In this document: positions 9,123-12,459 of the stretch, piece after piece | Layout: each line of letters opens with the position of its first letter | Position numbering within the stretch: position 1 is the stretch's first letter | Source of the DNA: Bdellovibrio sp. | GTDB taxonomy: Bacteria > Bdellovibrionota > Bdellovibrionia > Bdellovibrionales > Bdellovibrionaceae | Assembly: GCA_046318155.1 (NCBI GenBank) | Contig: JBKCUU010000110.1 | Span: forward strand, 1 to 12,459 | Length of the DNA stretch: 12,459 nucleotides | Direction of reading: 5' to 3' | Position numbers and translations under genes: made by a program | Notes under the pieces: generated by a model | Told to the model about the DNA's origin: nothing | Database searches by the model: none | The model's input: the letters and a program-made list of their open reading frames with translations, nothing else

Positions 9123-10739
9123 CTAGTGCTGTTCTTTGAGATTGTTGTACGCGTGCGTGCACAGCAAGCTCGCGATTCGTTTGTACTCACTTAAGAGATC
9201 GAGGTGAATGTTGCTGGTGTTAATCGTCTCGCGAAAGCCTTTGTTCAAGCGCTCGATATGGTGCTCGCGAAAGCTAATTTCAAGTTTGGCGAGCTCACGC
9301 TTTTGTTGGATCACGTTTTCGCACAGTTCTTTTTGTTGATAAGCATTGATCGCATGCATCGCGACGCGGGTGACGGCCTCGTGCATTTGCACGATCTCGC
9401 TCCAACCCTCACGTGAAAACTCAAGTTTGAGCGCATTTTTCTTGATCGCTAAGGTCACTAGGTTGATGTCGATGGCGTCGGCCGCGCGCTCAAGATCGCT
9501 GAGAAACATGATCATGCTCATGACGTTTTGGTGAACGCCTGTATTTGATTTGTTGGCGTGATCCAGCAAAAACATTTTGGTTTCACGGTATAAAAAGTCG
9601 ACCTTGTTGTCGCGGTCTTTGATGGACTCAATCAGGGCCGGGTCATTGCTTTCGAAGAGTTTGACCGAGTCTTGAATCATCCCCATGACCAGATCTGCTG
9701 TTCGCGAAATTTCGCGGTTGGCGTAAGAAACGGCAAGGGCCGTCGACTGGTAGTTGTTCAATCGTAGAAACTCAGTGCCGAACTCATCACGCGCATCTTT
9801 GGGAAACATCTTCTCGATGGCTTTGGCTCCGATCCGGATAAACGGAAAGAAGAGTGCGGCTGAAATCAGATTGAACCAAAGATGACCGTTGGCGATCGAG
9901 CGAAAGATCGAAGTCGGAAACTGACCCAAAAGCCAGAGCAGGCCTTGGTGGACGGGCGGCAGCATGAAGATCAGCACGCTCATAAACTTGTAAAAGAAAT
10001 GCGCCCAGGCCACTTGTCTCCCGATATGATTGCTGCCCGCCGCAGCCAGCAAAGCGATCGAAGTGGTTCCGATATTGGCGCCGTACACCCAGTACAGAGC
10101 TTGGTCCAAAGTGAGTAAACCTGTTTGAGCCAGGCTCATTGCGATCCCGATTGTGACCGCGCTGGACTGAACCAGCACACAAAAGAGCATGGCTGCACCT
10201 AAAGAGAGCATGTGATTTTGCCGCAAATTCTCGAACGTTCCTTGTAACCATGGTTCGGCAGCAATGACCCGGGCCGAGGCCGAGATAAATCCAAGACCCA
10301 AAAACAAGAAACCAAAGCCAACGCCCACGAGGGCGAGATTTTTAAGGCCCGGTTTTTTGGCAAAGAACGAGAAGAAAAAGCTCACGAACAAGAGCGGCAA
10401 AGCGTACTGGCTTAAATCAAAGCTGATAATTTGAACGGTGAGCGTTGAGCCGATCGCAGTCCCAATGATGACACCCATCACTTGCTGAAGGTTGATCACG
10501 CGGGCAGAGCCTAAGCCCACAAGCATCGAAGTCACGGCGCCAGAGCTTTGCAGAAGTGTGGTCAATGAAATGCCGACAACGATCGCCAAGAACTGGCTTT
10601 GTCCCAGCTTGTTCATAAGCCCCGAAATGCGGCTGGCCAAAAGCTTCTCAAGCGATCCGCTGGCCAGCGACATTCCATACATGAAGATGGCCACGCCGCC
10701 AATCAAGAGCATCCAGAACGAATTGTGCAGATCGATCAT
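9123..10739 (-). CDS. Na/Pi cotransporter family protein with C-terminal PhoU-like domains
   Basis: Two repeats (LLQSSGAVT...IGTAIGST and LVQSSAVT...GANIGTT), multiple TMs, and a soluble helical C-terminus (DNKVD, SDLERAAD, DLLSEYKRI). Start placed at ATG 10739; the track's TTG at 10775 is the -35 box of its promoter. Confidence 0.92.
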   Translation of the reverse strand: MIDLHNSFWMLLIGGVAIFMYGMSLASGSLEKLLASRISGLMNKLGQSQFLAIVVGISLTTLLQSSGAVTSMLVGLGSARVINLQQVMGVIIGTAIGSTLTVQIISFDLSQYALPLLFVSFFFSFFAKKPGLKNLALVGVGFGFLFLGLGFISASARVIAAEPWLQGTFENLRQNHMLSLGAAMLFCVLVQSSAVTIGIAMSLAQTGLLTLDQALYWVYGANIGTTSIALLAAAGSNHIGRQVAWAHFFYKFMSVLIFMLPPVHQGLLWLLGQFPTSIFRSIANGHLWFNLISAALFFPFIRIGAKAIEKMFPKDARDEFGTEFLRLNNYQSTALAVSYANREISRTADLVMGMIQDSVKLFESNDPALIESIKDRDNKVDFLYRETKMFLLDHANKSNTGVHQNVMSMIMFLSDLERAADAIDINLVTLAIKKNALKLEFSREGWSEIVQMHEAVTRVAMHAINAYQQKELCENVIQQKRELAKLEISFREHHIERLNKGFRETINTSNIHLDLLSEYKRIASLLCTHAYNNLKEQH

Positions 10740-10745
10740 CGGTTC

Positions 10746-10775
10746 ATTATGCCCCTGCGGTCGGCTCGTCGTCAA
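10746..10775 (-). promoter_or_regulatory. sigma70 promoter, probably leaderless, for the Na/Pi cotransporter
   Basis: TTGACG (10775..10770) - 18 nt - CATAAT (10751..10746) - 6 nt - ATG (10739). No SD between the -10 and the start. Confidence 0.65.
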
Positions 10776-10817
10776 AAAAAGGTGTCACTCTCCTCGACAC
10801 AAACTCGACTTCTAAGG

Positions 10818-10847
10818 TTGACCTGGCCTGTGTGTTCGGTTTGCAAT
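10818..10847 (+). promoter_or_regulatory. sigma70 promoter, probably leaderless, for the NUDIX gene
   Basis: TTGACC (10818-10823) - 18 nt - TGCAAT (10842-10847) - 6 nt - ATG (10854). Confidence 0.5.
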
Positions 10848-10853
10848 AGAGAA

Positions 10854-11276
10854 ATGTCCAAGCCTCGAATTCCAATCGTTGCCGCGCTGATCTCGAGGAC
10901 TCATCAAGAGCATTTCGAAGTGGCCCTTTTTAAGCGCAAATCGACAGACACGGGTGGCGGCTTTTGGGAGTTTCCAGGGGGCAAAGTCGAGCGCGGCGAA
11001 TCGCATGAGCAGGCCTTGATCCGCGAAATTCAAGAGGAACTCGCACTCGATGTCCAAGTTGGGGATATCCTGGGACGTCATGATCAAGAATTCGAGACGA
11101 AAATTTTAGATCTCACGGTTTATCACGTGGTGGTACCGCATTTTGACTGGACGCTGAATGATCATGATGCGTTCAAATGGGTGAGGGCCGCAAATTGGTC
11201 CGAGCATTTGATTGCTCCGCTTGATATTCCGTTGCTGGAACAATTGTTTAGCGCCCACTCTTCAAAAGCTCGATGA
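10854..11276 (+). CDS. NUDIX hydrolase, MutT/NudG-like (d)NTP pyrophosphohydrolase
   Basis: WEFPGGKVERGESHEQALIREIQEELAL Nudix box, N-terminal IVAALI strand, C-terminal DHDAFKWV and APLD. Real start is ATG 10854 (140 aa); the upstream extension in the track overlaps the opposite-strand gene. Confidence 0.9.
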   Translation: MSKPRIPIVAALISRTHQEHFEVALFKRKSTDTGGGFWEFPGGKVERGESHEQALIREIQEELALDVQVGDILGRHDQEFETKILDLTVYHVVVPHFDWTLNDHDAFKWVRAANWSEHLIAPLDIPLLEQLFSAHSSKAR

Positions 11277-11284
11277 GCAAATCA

Positions 11285-11695
11285 CTAAGGCAAGAGAACC
11301 TGTTTTTCGTCGGGTGTTGGCAGGCGGCAGGTTTCGGATTTGCCGAACCAGCGGTAGCGATTGCGAGCAACAAAGTCGTAAACTAGATCACGCAAGAAGA
11401 GTGGAACAATTTGAAACAGACCGGTCCAATAATAGCCGGGGAGGTGTTCCAAAATGAGGAGCACGGCAGAGGACTTGGATAAAATCCTTCCTTGAGACAA
11501 AACCAAAACGCTTTCTAAGGCCTGCCTTTGGTCCTGGGTCAGGTTTTGAGCGGCGGTTTCGCCTTGCAAGGGGGCGAACAAGATCTTTTGACCCTGATCA
11601 CGCGCCACGATCCAATCCACAAATCCATTGCACAGATGGCAAACGCCATCAAAGAAGACGATCGGTTTCTGGGGCGTGCCTAATGGTTCAGCCAT
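11285..11695 (-). CDS. DCC family thiol-disulfide oxidoreductase (DUF393)
   Basis: FFDGVCHLC (DxxCxxC), FAPLQG, RDLVYDFVARNRYRWFG..C..P. Start at ATG 11695 preferred because 11713 would overlap the divergent gene's ATG. Confidence 0.9.
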   Translation of the reverse strand: MAEPLGTPQKPIVFFDGVCHLCNGFVDWIVARDQGQKILFAPLQGETAAQNLTQDQRQALESVLVLSQGRILSKSSAVLLILEHLPGYYWTGLFQIVPLFLRDLVYDFVARNRYRWFGKSETCRLPTPDEKQVLLP

Positions 11696-11711
11696 CTGGC
11701 AAAATGGTAGC

Positions 11712-12323
11712 ATGAAAGTCTTTCTCTTTCCATTAGGACATGTGCTTCTCTACCCAGGGACCTCCAAGCCGCTGCATATCTTTGAGCCCAGGTACCTCCA
11801 GATGGTCCACGACGCCATGACACAAAAAGTCCCCATTGCGATCGGCTTTGTGGATGACCCGCAAAAGTCGCTGCATTACGAGCCCGGTCAAAGCTTGGGA
11901 TTTGTGCGTGACATTGTCGGTTACGGTCATCCGCAAATCATCGAAACGAGACCTGACGGGTCGCTGCTGATTTTGCTTCCCGGAAATGGCAAGGCAAAAT
12001 TAGGCAAGCTGATCGACGATACTCAGCCCTATTTGATTTGTGAAGCCGAGCGCATCGATGAAGACCTGACGATTTCGGCCAGTGGCTCTGCCTCCTACTT
12101 AGTTTTGCAAAAACTGCTGCTGGCATGGTTGCAAAACAATATTCCAGACTCACGGGCGCGCGAGCAGTTTCGTCGCCACCTCAAAACACCCGAGCAAGTC
12201 GTCGGATGCGTTGCTGCTTACTTGGTTGCGGACCCAGATCTTCAGCAGCTGATTTTGGAAGCGAATGTGCTCGAAGAAAAAATCAATCTTCTTTCGGGGA
12301 TGATTGGTGCGGGGACCCACTAG
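11712..12323 (+). CDS. stand-alone LON peptidase substrate-binding (LON N-terminal) domain protein
   Basis: LFPL..VLLYPG...PLHIFEPRYLQMV signature, DGSLLILL.G, and C-terminal QQLILE. 203 aa with no AAA+ or protease domain. Confidence 0.88.
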   Translation: MKVFLFPLGHVLLYPGTSKPLHIFEPRYLQMVHDAMTQKVPIAIGFVDDPQKSLHYEPGQSLGFVRDIVGYGHPQIIETRPDGSLLILLPGNGKAKLGKLIDDTQPYLICEAERIDEDLTISASGSASYLVLQKLLLAWLQNNIPDSRAREQFRRHLKTPEQVVGCVAAYLVADPDLQQLILEANVLEEKINLLSGMIGAGTH

Positions 12324-12373
12324 CAGGCCGGTGAAAAACCTGGCCAGCGGCCGGTTTTTCTACCTACCTGCAT

Positions 12374-12402
12374 TTGCCTGAGCCAAAATCGTATCGTAGA
12401 CT
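12374..12402 (+). promoter_or_regulatory. transposase promoter (sigma70, probably leaderless)
   Basis: TTGCCT (12374-12379) - 17 nt - TAGACT (12397-12402) - 6 nt - ATG (12409). Confidence 0.65.
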
Positions 12403-12408
12403 GCGTTC

Positions 12409-12459
12409 ATGCGTGGCACAAAATCAGATCAAGAAGACATGTTCAGTTACATTTCAATG
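12409..12459 (+). CDS. IS5-like transposase, N-terminal 17 codons (MRGTKSDQEDMFSYISM...)
   Basis: MRG....Q..MFSYIS matches the characteristic N-terminus of DUF772-containing IS5-like transposases. Only 17 aa are visible. Confidence 0.75.
   Translation, partial: MRGTKSDQEDMFSYISM

Larger units (their letters stand above)
12324..12459 (+). mobile_element. left end of an IS5-like (IS5/IS1182-related) insertion sequence, truncated by window edge
   Basis: CTAG (12320-12323) is immediately followed by CAGGCCGGTGAAAAA, which resembles the CAGnCTGTTGAAAAA ends I recall for this group. A promoter and a transposase-like N-terminus follow. Confidence 0.75.

Noticed and set aside
10782..10788. Pho box upstream of the Na/Pi cotransporter (GTGTCAC half-site; also CTGTCAT at 201-207)
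   Set aside because: No second half-site at the 11-bp period required for PhoB binding.
10599..10853. N-terminal extension of the NUDIX ORF (and likewise 11628-11711 of the LON-domain ORF)
   Set aside because: The extensions overlap opposite-strand genes and promoter elements. Family similarity begins at ATG 10854 and ATG 11712.

Overview
Bacterial chromosomal window of roughly balanced GC content. The overall style suggests Bdellovibrionota or a related lineage, but that is inference only. From left to right it holds: the 5' half of a tRNA-Leu(GAG) on the minus strand with a clean sigma70 promoter; an unannotated 39-aa single-TM small ORF with structured flanks and a strong terminator; a tightly coupled operon queA-tgt-yajC-secD-secF-recJ-orf104-queC-DUF366; a convergent Na/Pi cotransporter; a NUDIX hydrolase; a DCC/DUF393 oxidoreductase divergent from a stand-alone LON substrate-binding-domain protein; and the left end of an IS5-like element inserted at the CTAG that contains that gene's stop codon. 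The most interesting signals are (1) an archaeal-style QueC translationally coupled to a DUF366 protein inside a queuosine operon, (2) the hidden small-membrane-peptide locus upstream of queA, and (3) a repeated -10-N6-ATG leaderless promoter architecture, including an overlapping bidirectional promoter.
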